Shown here piece by piece: positions 49,421 through 63,725 of a stretch of 64,000 nt of DNA (the stretch's first letter is position 1; the number at the start of each line of letters is the position of its first letter). Origin of the DNA: Octopus bimaculoides (taxonomy: Eukaryota); contig NC_068982.1 of NCBI RefSeq assembly GCF_001194135.2, forward strand, positions 150,373,183 through 150,437,182, read 5' to 3'. A program made the position numbers and the translations under genes. The notes beneath the pieces are model-generated. The model worked only from the letters and a program-made list of their open reading frames with translations. It did no database searches and was not told the origin of the DNA.

Positions 49421-51494
49421 TAAGATATATAATTTGCATATTAATAAGACATGATGTATAAGGTCTAGGTTGAATTAGATTCAACAGATATTAGTAAAGA
49501 GAATGGAAAATTATCTAGAAGATTTATTGTTATTTACTAATTGAGGGGGGGGGGTCTAGGAAAGTGCAGTGGATATCAGTGAACCATGAGATCATAATAA
49601 CAATAAATTTTTTGTCAAGTGCCTGGTCACAAACATTTGCAACAGAGTTTAATATCACTTCTATGGGCCTGGAAGTGATTTCAAATTGTGTGGCACCACC
49701 ACAAACCTCTACCATCCCTCCTAAAAAGAAGACTCCCTATATGTTCATTTAGCTCATTATATATAGCAAGATTCATTAGACAATATGACACCAGTCACAT
49801 GATTCACGGCCAAGCAACAATGCATCAAAAGTGTCAAAAGAAGGAGATCAAGAGAGAGTGAGAGAGAAAGAGAGACATTAGAGATACCAGTGTCAAATGA
49901 GCAAAATGAGGAATATAGAGAAATAGTAAGAGAAAGAGGGCATGGGAGGCAGATAGTAGACAATTGCTCACCTCACAGTGTGGAAGGTACTGACTCAGTG
50001 TGGGAAATACAGACTCAGTATGAGAGATACACACTTTAATAATGAAATAAACTGGTCAGGTAACAAATAGTTTCTAAATCAAATCCTGTGAAGTGGCTTG
50101 ACAACAGTGCAAATGTAATTAATGAGCTCCTAAAATAGCAAATAAAGGCACATTGTGCTTGCCTACTTAAGTACAAATGGAAGGAAATAGGATTATTGTT
50201 CAAAGATGAGTTCTTCTAAATAACAGTAGAATAACAATAATACAACTATGATGAAATCAAAGGATTAAATTCACAAATAATCTAATCTGAAATCTGTGGA
50301 AACAGCTAACAGATTTTAGATAAATAGGGAGAATGTTTCTAAATGCTTCAAAAGCAGAAAAAACAAAAGGACTTTTTTTTTTTACAGATTTATTACCTTA
50401 TTTTAGTTGCTGAACAATCTTTCTGAGCCATATAAGATACTGTATTGTGATCTAATAGTATTCCTGAAGAAATTTTATAAAGAACAAATATCTGATATGG
50501 TGCACTCAGAGAATTCTTCTACTGAGTTCAGAATGATGGAGTGAAAACACCCTAAAAATTGCCTCTGTCCAGAAGGAAGACAGAAGCATCTGCACTATAT
50601 TATTTAACTACCATAGTAACATCTTCATACATGTTAAAGTTGATATGCAACATATAGAAGCAGCACTGTGAGAGACTCAACTCTGATTTTAGAAGACATC
50701 AAAGCATATGTGACTTGAGATTTACTGTCAGGCAAATCATAGAAAAAAAATTCATCAAACAAATTATATGTATTGTAATTAATGAAAGACTGAGATTTTT
50801 TCCAAATTAATAGTATAAATAAATTGTGCTGCATGAAAATTAGAAATATTCTTCATTCTTTTATATTGTAATGGAGATTTAAAATATATATTAATACTCA
50901 AATCCTTGAGCTTCCATGATGAGAAGGTAGGTGCTTAATCAAAAGGATACATTTACTTCAGTTGTTTGCAACTTTTAAGACAACACCTTTTGTGTCTCTA
51001 TGGGGAAAAGAATAGGCATTGAGGTTTTCACTGTGAGAAGTTAACAGAGTAAACCAGTTCAGACTGAGTTTGTTGTCATGTTAGATATATGAAATGTACA
51101 AGTTAAGGACTGAAATGATTAGGGACATATACAAAGTACAGAAAATATTCCAGTTCATGTCCCAGACATCTACTAAAATATAAGGGTGTGTATTCAAACC
51201 CTGCTAGAAGCGCCATAGCTTGGAGAGAGAGAGTGTGTGTGTATGTGTGCGTGTGTATGTGCACGCACGCACCAAAGCTTACCTATCAGGCCTACTATCA
51301 GGAAAATATGTACGGCAATACTACTTTGTGGTAGGAAAGATATCAATCTGTGCATCATGACTTGAAACAAGGCAATCTAATCTCTCGACTTTAGTTAAGA
51401 CAAAAACTAGAAACAAACCAAAAGTGATAATATCTAAAAAGGAAATTACGAGAGTTATATCAAAAGTAATGCAAAAGTGGGCATAACTTTTTTA

Positions 51495-52062
51495 GGATCT
51501 TTTTTAAAACGGGGGCCACATTTTTCATTAACGAAACACTTTGAAACTTGGAACACTGGTAGAATGTGTCATATAAAACATCTTTTTCTCTTAGTCTTCT
51601 TTAAAAAAAAAGAAATCCATAAGTTATTCCATGTTAAAGTTGTCGTATTTCTGTAATTTCAACCAATCACTGACGTCCATTCAGCCGATATACATTAAGT
51701 GCCGACTACATAAACAAACGATTCTGAAACAATTAACCCTAACCCTAGGGTTAGGGTTAGGGTTAGGGTTAAAGTAAATTTAAAATGAAAAAAGCAAATA
51801 AAACGAAAGTATGGAGATTAAATACGCTTTACATCGCTTAATCAGCCAAAGGAGTAAATGTAAACAACTGAATACTTGTCAGTGATTGGTTGAAATTATC
51901 GAAATAAAACAATTTTTCACATGAAATAAATTCGAATACAAAAATATTTTTCTGTTCTATAACACAAAATAGATAAGTATACGAAGTTTGAAAGTCTTTC
52001 CGTACCAAAAACACTACGTAAAACATTAATGAAAAATGTGGCCCCCGTTTTAAAATAGATCC
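51495..52062. mobile_element. Merlin-like MITE with GG termini, ~37-bp TIRs, perfect 8-bp TSD and a central telomeric palindrome
   Basis: TIR ggatct(t/a)ttttaaaacgggggccacatttttcattaa at both ends. TSD ctttttta at 51487-94 and 52063-70. Confidence 0.85.
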
Positions 52063-52099
52063 CTTTTTTATTAATTAACACAGGATGTTCAAATTCCAC

Positions 52100-53560
52100 A
52101 TATTGCTAGAGTAACTCTTTTGTTCTTCATTGCAGGAAAATAATGGGTTCTAGCAGCATAGCATCACTGAGTTCTTGACAAAGGAGGGGTGTTGGCTGTC
52201 TGACATCCACAGAAGGCTACAGGTTGTTTACAAAAATGATAACATTGAAAAAAAGCAATATGCACAGAAGGATGAAGTTTAAAAAGGAAACCAGCATTGA
52301 AGACAAACTATGCAGTGGGGGATCATCGACTATGACCAGACATGAATCGCCAGTGAGTAGATAAACTGATTCACAAACGCAGACAAGTCACAATAAATGA
52401 ACTTCCTGTACACCTAGACCAGTGGTTCCCAAACTTTTTCAGGCTACCAGCCCCTTGACACTCAGGCCACATTCCTAGCTCCCCCACCCCAAGTAACCAT
52501 CACAAACATAGACCTCTTTCTGAAACAAATTCAAAACAACTGTATTTCACAAATAAAACTTAACCTAATGACCCCATTATTTTGTTGTTTTTACATAAAT
52601 TGCCATCCCATTATCACCTCAATCTTTACATGAATTGCTACCCCATTATTGCCCCAATTTTCTTCAACACTCCTTAGGAACTTTCCACTCCCCCCAGGGG
52701 GGCAATACAGCCTACTTTGGGAACCACTGAACTAGACTATGGTCATAATGCATTACCGAAAATGGAAGGCTTTTGGTATCGGAAATCATCATCATTTAAC
52801 AACCATCTTCCATGCTGGCTTGGGTTAGATGTTTTGACAGGATCCAACAAAATGGCAAGACCGTGTCAAGCTCCATGATTTCTACAGCTGGATGCCCTTC
52901 CTAACACAAACCACTTTACACAGTGTGTACCTTGGCAGTTGACATCCGATCTGAAGGTAGAAATTTGCCAGAAATGTTTGAAGCTAATGAAGACAATGTT
53001 TTTTCCCAATTTCATGACAGGGAATGAAACATGGACATATCTTAATGATTCAAATAAATGAAGGCTCAGTCCACAGAATGGTATCACACCTCTTCTTCAA
53101 AGCTTAAGAAGTTCAAGAACCAGTGACTGTGTTTTAGGATGACAAGAACATCATTCTCCTTGATTTTCTAGAATGTGGCATCACCATAAACAGCAAGCTG
53201 TACACGAAGACGCTCAAAAAGCTTACAGAAACCATGAGGAGTTAGAAACCAAACAAGAATTTGAAAACAATCCACATTCATCATGATAATGTGCAACCAT
53301 ACACAATTTTGGCAACAAATCAGATAATCAGCAAATCAAATTTGTCAGTGGTCCCTTCTTTACTGTTACTGCCAGGGTCTGGTGTGCATTAACTTTCACC
53401 AGTTTGGTCTAATGGAGGGCAGTCTTTAGGGATAACAATTTGATGATACACAAGAAGTGAAAGTGGCTACAATAATGGCACAAATGCATCGCTCGTGATG
53501 GTAGACTTTACTGAGTTGTGGTTTTCTATGGAAGAAGTTATTTTACCAACATGTGCAATT
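52100..53560 (+). mobile_element. Degenerate mariner remnant interrupted by a hAT MITE and a SINE
   Basis: TGNETW...FLECGITINSKLY...IHHDNVQPY remnants. Confidence 0.7.
52420..52729. mobile_element. hAT (Charlie-like) MITE
   Basis: TIRs cagtggttcccaaa and tttgggaaccactg. TSD acctagac / aactagac (7/8). Confidence 0.85.
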
Positions 53561-53934
53561 TAAACACCTTATATCAGTTATGTCCACTTTTGCATTACTT
53601 TTGTTAGAATCTTTGTATAATTTAAAAATCAATAAAAAACATAAAGCATGCACTAACTTATACAATATAGCTCAATTTAACGGATGAATGGCCATTATCA
53701 TTAGTATCTTCATTGTTTCCAGTTGAAAGGAAAATTTTGACTATGTGCAGCTATTACTGAAATTTATTATGAAGTATTATAAGAGATACAGTGTCACAGA
53801 TTGTTTTAGGGTGAATAAGTAACTTCAATTATTAAATGCATGTCAAACACTACCAATATCAGAGATGTTAGTTCATGCAGTTTGAGTTAGCTGAGTAATA
53901 ATTGTCAACAAACAGAATAGAATATTTTCTTTGT

Positions 53935-54345
53935 TAGCACGCCGGGCAAAATGCTTAGCGGTATTTTGTCTGTCTTTACGTTCTGAGTTCAAATTCCTCC
54001 GAGGTCAACTTTGCTTTTCATCCTTTTGGGTCAAAAAATTAAGTACCAGTTGCATACTGGGGTCAATATAATCGACTGTCCCCCTCCCCCCAAAATTTGG
54101 GCCTTGTGCCTAGAGTAGAAAAGATTAGAAGGCAGCAAGCTGGCAGAAACGTAAACATGCCGGGCGAAATGCTTAGTGGTATTTTGTCTGTCTTTACATT
54201 CTAAGTTCAAATTCTGCTGAGGACGACTTTGCCTTTCATCCTTTTGGGGTTGATAAATTAAGTACCAGTTGCATTCTGGGGGCAATCTAATCAACTGGCC
54301 CCCACCCCCTAAAATTTCGGGCCTTGTGCCTAGAGTAGGAAAGAA
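53935..54345 (+). mobile_element. Tandem dimer of a tRNA-like SINE
   Basis: Two ~200-nt units (gccgggcgaaatgcttag...gagttcaaattc...gggccttgtgcctagagtag). Fragments of the same family occur at ~4620, ~36670 and ~42085. Confidence 0.8.
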
Positions 54346-55439
54346 TATTTTCTAGGATTTTTTAACACTATAGGCTATCTGAGTTTCCAGACATTTTACA
54401 GAAGAGAATGTTAGTGGACAGAAAAACTTAGATAGCTCACAATAAAATGTTTATGCTAAAGCAGAATGAAAAATGTAAAGCTTTCAATGGTAGGAAACTG
54501 TGACACCTGTAGACATTCTGTTATGGTCACATAGAAACAAAGCATGCAAATAAATTTCTCATTTGAAAATCAGCTAATATGGACCCATTTATGGAATTAC
54601 TTGATTATAGAACCAATGATACAGGCTAAGAAACCAATAAAATTGTGATCCTTAATTTAGTTTATGTTGTAATTGCAAACCCTTCTCACTCAAAACATTG
54701 TTATAGATCAATTTTTTTTTGTCTTCTTAAATACTAGATGAGGTTACAACATGCCCCTATTTTCTTTATCTTATGTAATATATAACTTAAATAGCTTTTT
54801 ATATATAACTAAAATGGAAATAATCATCATCATCATCATTACAATTATTAACATGTCGTAAAAATATAAGCTGATAAAATAATGTTGTTTAACAGGTGTC
54901 AGCCTTGATTCAACAAGCCTATAATCAAAGGCATTCCAGCCATGACCATCTCATTTTTTTTTCAGCTATAGTGTATCAAGGACTATATTATCCAATATGT
55001 ATTACCCAGTTTTTGAAGATGAGGCGTGATATGAGGAAACTTTCATTGCTATTTTTAGCAGGTTGACTGACTATGTAAAAAGTTACCTCATTGCCTTGAA
55101 ATAACTTCTTTCTTTTCTAGTCTGTTAGTCATCTGATATGTCAGTTGCTCTTTACATTTGGTCAGGTTGTAGTGGCTGTTCAACAGTATCAGCCTGTTGT
55201 CATTATCTCTCTTTATGTTGTCACTTCCTTTCTCCAATTGTCCTTCACATACACTATTTCTCTTTTCTCTCTCACCGTTTTTTTTTCTTCATCTTTTTTT
55301 TTAAATTATTTCCAAACATACATAATAGTATTCAATACTTTCCAAATTCAATTGCAATGTTTTAATAATGTTGTTCTTTATGTGATTTGTTAAGCTTTCT
55401 TTCAACCATTTAGCAACTAGGTTCTGTATTTGATTTCAA

Positions 55440-55950
55440 CAAACCCACATTTTCCTAGGTCATCTTTCTGTATGGAGGAGGACAGCTGCATAAAGAAGTG
55501 TCAAGCTCTAATTGTAGAGGGTACCTGTGGAAGGGATGGACCCAGGAAGACGTGGGATGAAGTGGTGAAAGAGGATCTTCAGATGCTGGGCCTCACTGAA
55601 GAAATGACAAGGGACCGAGAAATGTGGCAATTTGCTGTACTTGAGAAGACATGTCAAGCTAAGTAAAATTGCTGTCTTCCATATGTACAGGCTTGTTCTT
55701 TCAGGTGCTGGCGCTACTTTAAAAAGCACTCATGCCGGTGCTGCATAAATGCACTTGTGCCGGTGCTGCATAAATGCACCAGTGCCGGTGCTGTGTAAAA
55801 AGTGGTTGGCATTAGGAAAGGCATCCAGCCGTAGAAACCACACCACAACAGACAGTTGGAGTCTGGACAGCTCCCTACTAGCCAGCTTCATGTCTAACCA
55901 TCCAACCGATGCCAACATGGAGAGTGGACATTAAACGATGATGATGATCT
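55440..55950 (+). mobile_element. RTE LINE 3' end (C-terminal codons plus 3' UTR/tail)
   Basis: VEGTCGRDGPRKTWDEVVKEDL...DREMWQFAV followed by tandem gccggtgctgcataaatgcac repeats and the tail ending gatgatgatgat. Confidence 0.85.
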
Positions 55951-56489
55951 TCTTCAGATACCCTCCTCTAAAAGCAGATGGCACTTCTTTGTGCAGTCAC
56001 CTTTCTTGCACACATCAATTGATAAATTTAAAGCCCAGCCAGTTTTTCAACTCACTTGTGCCCCACTTTTCCTGTAGGTTAACACTACACATCTAACTTT
56101 CCATAGATGTTCCACATCCAATAACCAAGTCTTACAAAGCAGCATCATATTGTTGACACATATTTCATACAGTCCAACTTGCACATGAAGAGAGAACACT
56201 TTTGTTGCCAACAGAATTAACAGCCCCCTAAGCTTCTTACACCCTCTCTATACTTTTAGCAACTATATATCACTACAATTAACATCAATTAGATTACCTA
56301 GGGAACAAAAGCTGTCAACTACATTTTGTGATTGTCTGGGCAGTTCAAAGACTTCGTTTCATAAGTACTTCCTAATGTTAATCACCCTTTTACATCTATC
56401 ACATCTGAAATCCTGGTTCACTGATGTCATTTTTATTAGTACTCCTGCTGTTGAATACCCCTGTAAATCTATCAGATCTGATGTGAAGG

Positions 56490-56795
56490 TGCATGGCTTA
56501 GTGGTTAGGGTATTCAGCTCACGATTGTAAGGTTGTGAGTTAGATACTCAGTGGCATGTGTCCTTGAGCAAGATGCTTTATTTTACATTGCTCCAGTTCA
56601 CTCAGCTTACAAAAATGAATTGCACCTGTAATTCAAAGAACCAGCTTTGTCACATTCCATATCATGATGAATCTCCTTGAGAACTACCGTAAGGGTACAT
56701 GTGTCTCAGTACTTGCATGTTAAATTCATGAGCAGTCTGTTCCGTTGATTGGATCAACTAGAACCCTTATCATTGTAACTGACAGAGTGCCAGTT
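56490..56795 (+). mobile_element. SINE (tRNA-like head ggcttagtggttaggg)
   Basis: An inverted homologous copy lies at 57670-57955. Confidence 0.7.
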
Positions 56796-57669
56796 AGCAG
56801 ACCTGAAGTCTTGGTTTACAAGTGTCATTTTATGAGTACTATCGCTATTAACTACCCCTGCACTTCAATCACATCAGAAATCCTGGTTCTCTGTCAGTCA
56901 GTCTGTGAGAAAAATTGACTTCATTAGAACAAATAAGGTCTACAGAACAATAATTATTTGTCAAGCTCCTACTTACTTTTTATGTCAGATGGATAAACTT
57001 AATTGTAATATTGGAAAAGCTCCAGAATATGGTGGAGTTGTTGCAAACTTGAAGCCTACACTAATACTTACTTTTACTAGAGAAAGATTTCAGCCAATCT
57101 AAGTACCAATGAGTACACTACTTCATTACATAATACTGCATACTACACAGGACTCACTATACTACTGCACCACATCACATTCCATAACTTTGCAAGTGAA
57201 CAAGTGAGTCGTAAACTGGTCATTCAAAATAGCAGCCAAATCTTTCACAAATCACACCCTATCTTAAAAAAGGAAGGACACACTGGAAAATATAATAATA
57301 GAGACACTGTCAATGAGTGAAAAATTGGATAGGTGGTCACAGCTACAATGTCTCTAATTATAGGTCTGCTCAATCAAGGGTGACCTGGCCTTGATGACAA
57401 GGGGGTGCTGAAAAGAGTTTTGTGAAAGGCCTGGTTGGAGGCCCAGCCTTCTGAGTTCTTTTACAGGGCTTAAAAAAACTAAAGGACTATTGCAGTAAGT
57501 GTGTGAATCTGAGAGGGGAATATGTTGGATAAAATCATAATTAATTGATCCTCTTGTATTTCCTTTTAGCCAAAGCTAGGAATTTCTCAGCACTCACTTG
57601 TACAACAACTACATCACATTATACTACCAAAACAGTACTCTACTCTCTCTTTCTCTCTCTCACACATAT

Positions 57670-57955
57670 AACTGGCACTTCATTGGTTATGACAACTGTT
57701 CTAGTTGATCCAATCAATGGAACAACTTGCTTGTGAAATTAATATGAAATTAACATTCTCAGGGAGATTCAGTGTGACACAGAATGTGATAAGGCTGGCC
57801 CTTTGAATTACAGGTACAACTTATTTTTACCAGCTGAGTGGACTGGAGCAACATGAAATAAAGTGTCTTGCTCAAGGACACAGTGCACCGCTGGAAATCA
57901 AACTCATAAGCTTATGATCAAAAGCCAAATAGCCTAACCACTAAGCCATATGCCT
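57670..57955 (-). mobile_element. SINE, inverted relative to 56490-56795
   Basis: ttctagttgatccaatcaa...ctttgaattacaggt...cctaaccactaagcc is the reverse complement of the upstream copy's motifs. Confidence 0.7.
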
Positions 57956-59629
57956 TCATACATGCACATATATACATAGAAACTATGTCATAATCACACC
58001 TCAATATTTCACCCAACTCTAATTCATTAAGTTATTTACAATTGGTAAAATCCATTTGGAAAGAATTGTTAGACAGTTTAAATACCTGAAAGATTAAGTC
58101 TGTAAGTAACTACTTTATAACAGAAGTGGGTCATAAAAATACCTGCAAAGCAACTGTTATCATAAGCCTTAAGTGATTTCATAAGTCATGTCATAATCAC
58201 AAATGATATGAAAACCATGTTGTGGGATATTTGATTGCTATGTTGTGTAAGTATGTGATAGCTACACTAAGGAAGAATCTAAAGAACTTCAGTATAAATT
58301 ATAGTCTAACTGGAAACACAGAATGACACTCATTAAAAATAAAAGGTAAATTGAAGTCAAAAAGACTAACTAATTTTCATTGAAAAATTCACTATTTATG
58401 CTTTCAAGAATTCCTACCTCTCAAAAAGAATAAATGACTAACAGTTTAAGACTTCAGGTATTTTAAACTTGAAATTTCAACTAATATTTTTATGTATGTA
58501 AAAAAAAAAAAATTCCTATACCAGAAGTTATGCCTTGTGAAATCACTTCAATGTCTTATCATTACTAAGGCAGATATCACAACAGTCCACTAAAGACTTA
58601 AATCTTGGATATTACAAACATTTTTATTTGTGTGCTTGACAGAGGCTAAGACTTACAACAAACCACATCTAAGAGGCTGATTCTCAACCGCTTAGCAATT
58701 TATAAATACTTACAGCTTTACTGTACGTATATTTTAGAAGAGATATGTCACATCACTGTATGTCAAAAGAGACAACTAAGTGTTGGCAACAGGAGGAGCA
58801 TTCAACGATAAAACACTGCTTCAGAAAAACTATCCAACCCCTGCCTATACAAAAAAGAACACCTAAAATGCTGATAATAACTACTTTGAGTTAGATGTGG
58901 TTTTCCTTTTAATTGGATTGTTCTGATGAAAGAGGCTATACCTATGAACTTCACAAGCTTTCTGAGACCAGTGAGATCACTGCAGTTAACATTCTTCTTG
59001 AGCAGTTGCATATTGACAACTGCAGGAAAAACATGTACAAGAGAAGGTTCCAGAGGGTTTACAATCAAGGAAGGATTGGATCTTGTGGTTAGTATGAAGC
59101 CTGGAGGAAAACAAACTCTATGGTTGATGAGAGGAGAGACAAGTGAAGCAAGAGTGTAAGAGTAGAGATGGAAAAAAAGACCATCCAACTCCAATGAGAT
59201 AAAGCCACAGTAGTGGAAAAGTAGAGAGAGGAGACATCACATCAGTGTAGTGGAAGTTGAGATATACTAATGAGTAACTTTGCAAAAATCATTCAGGTGG
59301 GTTTTCTTAGGATGTCTGCAAGGGTGTAGCAGCAGTACTGATGCAAATGAAGGAGCAGTGCTCCCTGAACTTTGTAGTGGGTTAGTTGTCAGGGACTAAA
59401 TTATTTTCTGACCCTGAAGAAGATGGCTAGTCTTTACTACTTAAGGAGATGCATTTGCCATGTTGTGTGCTGTGTATATTTAGGGGAGTAGGGGAAGGAG
59501 TGATATTTTCTTGAGTGTCTTAGTTAGTATGTCTTTGTCCTGTTGAATGAAAGATTGGCATGACTCAGTTAAAGGAGATTTTTAAGGTCCCTGTTCGTGG
59601 GGATGGTGCAAGTTTAGTATGAGTGTCTT

Positions 59630-59791
59630 ACTTGCATGCTGGAGTGGCTGTGTGGTAAGAAGCTTGCTTCCCAATCACATGGTTCCAGGTTCTGTCCCAT
59701 TGTGTGGCACCTTGGACAAGTGTCTTCTACTAAGCCTTAGGCCAACCAAAGTCTTGAGTGGATTTGGTAGACAGAAACTGAAAGAAGCCTG

Positions 59792-59828
<37 letters not shown>

Positions 59829-60030
59829 CATATAGACATTTATATGTGTGAATTTGTGTCTGTTTCTCCCCACACCATTGCTTGATGTGTTGGTGTGTTT
59901 ACATCCCTATAACAGATAGAATAAGTACTAGGCTTACAAAGAATAAGTCCTGTGGTCAATTTGTTCAATTAAAGGTGGTGTTCCAGCATGGCTACAGTCA
60001 AATAACTGAAACAAGCAAAAGAGAATATTT
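59630..60030 (+). mobile_element. SINE with an internal (TA)n tract
   Basis: gtggtaagaagcttgcttcccaa...gacagaaactgaaagaagcc...(TA)n...ccagcatggctacagtc. A related copy lies at ~47340-47490. Confidence 0.75.
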
Positions 60031-63000
60031 CAGTGTGGAAGGGAAGGCAGTTTTGGGGAACATTGAGGATAACTGAAGTATATTGTTGTTACAACCAAGT
60101 GGCCTTGTTGGTTTAAAGCAACCAGAGGTGGTTTCACACATGGCATGTATGCACATGTAGAGTGAAAAGGATAGCTTGAGAGATATATTTTATGTGTGTA
60201 GAACTGGATGCAAAATGGACAGCAAATGTGGATGCTTTTACAGTTAAGAACTGGAAGGAAAGATGATTCCACAAAGTTGACAAAAATCCTTTTAACAAAG
60301 GATTAAAAGGATCAGCTGCAATTTGGGAGGTGGGAGGGAGGTCAAGTAGGCAGTGCAAAGCACAGGAACATCCTTTGCATTTTGAATGATGATCTCCAAG
60401 AATTCTATCTATTTTGTGACAAAACTCTTGAATTACATTGAACACCACTGAAAATGTTTTTGGGAAATATGACAAAGACAACCTAATGGACTTCATATCT
60501 TACCAAGCTGCTGCAACAACAATCAAATTAGAGTCAGGTATACAGTATGATATATTACTCATTCATGTTTATCTGGTCTGTGACAGTAACAATCATAAGA
60601 TGACTTCATTTCTATTTCCTGTCAGGATTATATTTCCCATCAACACAGTACTTTACCTATTTGTCAATAACAGTGCTGTTATCTGCTTTGTTTATGCATC
60701 AGTTGATGTATTTAATGTCCAACCATTCTTCCCAGCTCACTTGTGCTTCACCCTACAAGCAGGTTAAAATTAGGTTTGTGTATGTGTAATCTCAAGAGTG
60801 ATCCAGAGCACGTGATAATGTGCATTATCATATAATTCATTATAAGAAAATAATGTAATATAGAAACATTGAGAAGATAAGTAGTGAACTTCATCAGTGA
60901 CCTGGTTTCATTTCCTGATTGTAATTTTACTTGACAATTGTCCCCATATTAATGTCACAACACCAACTTACCATATAAATCTGAAGCCTAGCAGCACCAG
61001 CATTACTGTCAATTTCAAAAATAATAAGAATCTTTCCTTTTCAAGTAATTGCAGGAAAATAGCTGAAATTTCAAAAGCTGTAAAACTACCATCATTGTGC
61101 TTCCCTTTTTTAAACCTAGCACATTGGTCAATGTTCTTTGGTTACCAAACAGAAAAGTATGCTTACTTTGAAAATCTACAAAACTATATTAATACTTTGT
61201 TTCCTTATTTGCTAACTTCTTTCAAGAATCTTACAGAAATTTCTTCAATCTTTATTACCATTAACGGCGGTGCCCCAGCATGGCCGCAGCTTTGAGCTGA
61301 AACCGATAAAAGAAAGTAAAAGAAAAGAAAGTAAGTTACAGTACTAAAGAAAAGATTAAAAGAACATTACAGTTCCAAAATATGGAATGCACTGCCAGTA
61401 GCCACTGTGAAAGTTGAGGACAAACAAATTTTAAAAAACCCTTTTTCCACAGCAACTTAGAATATTACTTTCTAACTTGACATAATTTACATTTAATAGC
61501 ATCTGCAACTAAGCAGTGTTCTAAAACTATTCCTAGGTTGGCAAATGGAGCAGTAACTGTGCACTAATAGATGTTTTATTTTTCATCATCTCTGAATTGG
61601 CTGTAAACTGCTGTTTGTACTACAGTTTGTGTACTATTTACTTAGATAGAACTATAGCAACATATCACGCGATAAAACTCTTTTATAAGTACAAACACTA
61701 TAATTTACCATAGACACGTTTGATTGACAAAATGCATGACTCAACAAAAAAAAAACGAAACCATAATCAATAAGGATAACCAAACCATGCAGACATTTTG
61801 GTTACGTAAACTACGTATTTATTACTTAAATTATTTATATTGCATGTTTAGTGTGGTCTGATAGACTTTTGCGATTTACAGAAATGCTTAATAAGAGTAT
61901 AAAGCAAACGGTTCATCTGTCTGTTCAAAAGAACTGAGCAGATGTTAACGGAAATAATGAAATCCTAACTCGAAGTAGATGAAAATGATTGTGTGGCTTA
62001 TATTTGAAATAATTCAACTTAAAAACACCCTTTGTACCAATCTTTTATTTTGCAATACAGGATGATTGCTCTATCACCGATAAGAAAATGAAAATGTATG
62101 GTTTCTAGGAAAATAGGGTTTTTGCATCACCATTGTTAGTGTTTGTACACTAGAGGAATGGTTTTAATGGTGAACAGATATCATAAGACGAAGAATTGAT
62201 AAATTGTTCGCAACTACCAACATCTCGTATAGAAATGGAATAAAATAAAATAAAACACGCATTTCTAAGAAAATTTATATGAATAAAACAACTAATAAGT
62301 ACAAATATGGTAGTAATAAATTTGTTACGTGGTTGTAGCATGACTGCAGGTGTATGTGTGTGCAACAAGCTCTCCCCCCGTCCCCATGCTGTTTGTAATT
62401 GCATTCAGAACACCAACAAGGTAACATCTACGAGGTCGTTCGAACAATTAGAAACAACAGCCAAATCTTCCTCAAATCATAGGCTACTGTCTTTTAAAAA
62501 AGGGAAGGACACTTTAAACAATGTATATTCCCTGATAACAGCAAAAACATAAATAAATAAAAGACGGGTCGTCATAGCTGGAATGCCTTTCATTACAAGT
62601 TTGCTCCATCAGAACTGTCTTACTAGAAATAGCAGTTAAATGTCATTCAATCGTCACCCGACTGTCTTAAAAAGGACACATTGAACAACGTAATCAGGGT
62701 ACGCTATTTCTGAAAAGGGGTGCGAATCGAGGGAAACGTGGTTGCTATTTCTGAGAGGTTGCACAACTATGTAGAGGCTCACTCGTTGGTTCGTTCATTA
62801 GTATGGGTACAGAGGAGGTGTGATAAGTCAATATATTTTTTTTATCTGAGTTGAAAGAGAGGGAGGAGATAAATGCAGTCCATCACATCAACATATTTTT
62901 AATCCGTTTCAATAATTTATATATTAAATTGTTGAACTGACATCACAGAAGAGGCACTGTTAACAGAAACCGTGCAAAAACGAAGTTGTAGACATTATAG

Positions 63001-63583
63001 TAGTACTTTGCCTCTATAACAGTGCTGAAATGCATACTGAAGTAGGAATATAGCAGTATTCATGAATTTTTCGTCTACGCAGCAATGCTTGCAGAGTTTA
63101 AATATACATGGGTGGCATGATTCATAGAGTTTATTTTACAGAGTAAATAAATAGAAGACGAAATAATGGCTAATGGGGATTTCTTAATTATTTACTACAT
63201 CGAAGCCACTTAACGAATTCCGCTTTTTCATTAGACAAACAACAGTATGCATCTGTCAGGTGCTTCGTTTGAAGCCTACTGCTTGCTGTCTTGTTATTAT
63301 TGAAAGAGGCGTTAGTGACAACAACAAAGATAAGAAGAGTGAAAGTGTAAATGTAGCATCTTGCAGTGAGATGAACTGGAGATGTCAGCCATGTTGAATA
63401 GCTAATGTCACACGAGATGTGTGTGGGGGACACAAGGAGAGAATAAACATTAATCGGACCCCACCTCTTTCAGAAACAAATCGAATATTGCTAGGTGTAG
63501 TATTTTGGCTTTATGAACAATACAATAGGAACATATGGAAGAAACTTAAACATCATGTGCACACACACAAACACGTGATGAAA

Positions 63584-63584
<1 letters not shown>

Positions 63585-63636
<52 letters not shown>

Positions 63637-63725
63637 ATATATGTGTGTGTGTGTGTATATATATATATGTGTTTGTGTATATATATATGTGTTTGTGTGT
63701 GTGTGTGTATATATATATGTGTGTC
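63585..63725. repeat. Compound (GT)n/(TA)n microsatellite
   Basis: Directly visible. Confidence 0.95.

Noticed and set aside
51733-51772. Telomere-telomere fusion scar
   Set aside because: Polarity is CCCTAA then TTAGGG, the reverse of a fusion, and it lies inside a TSD-bounded MITE.
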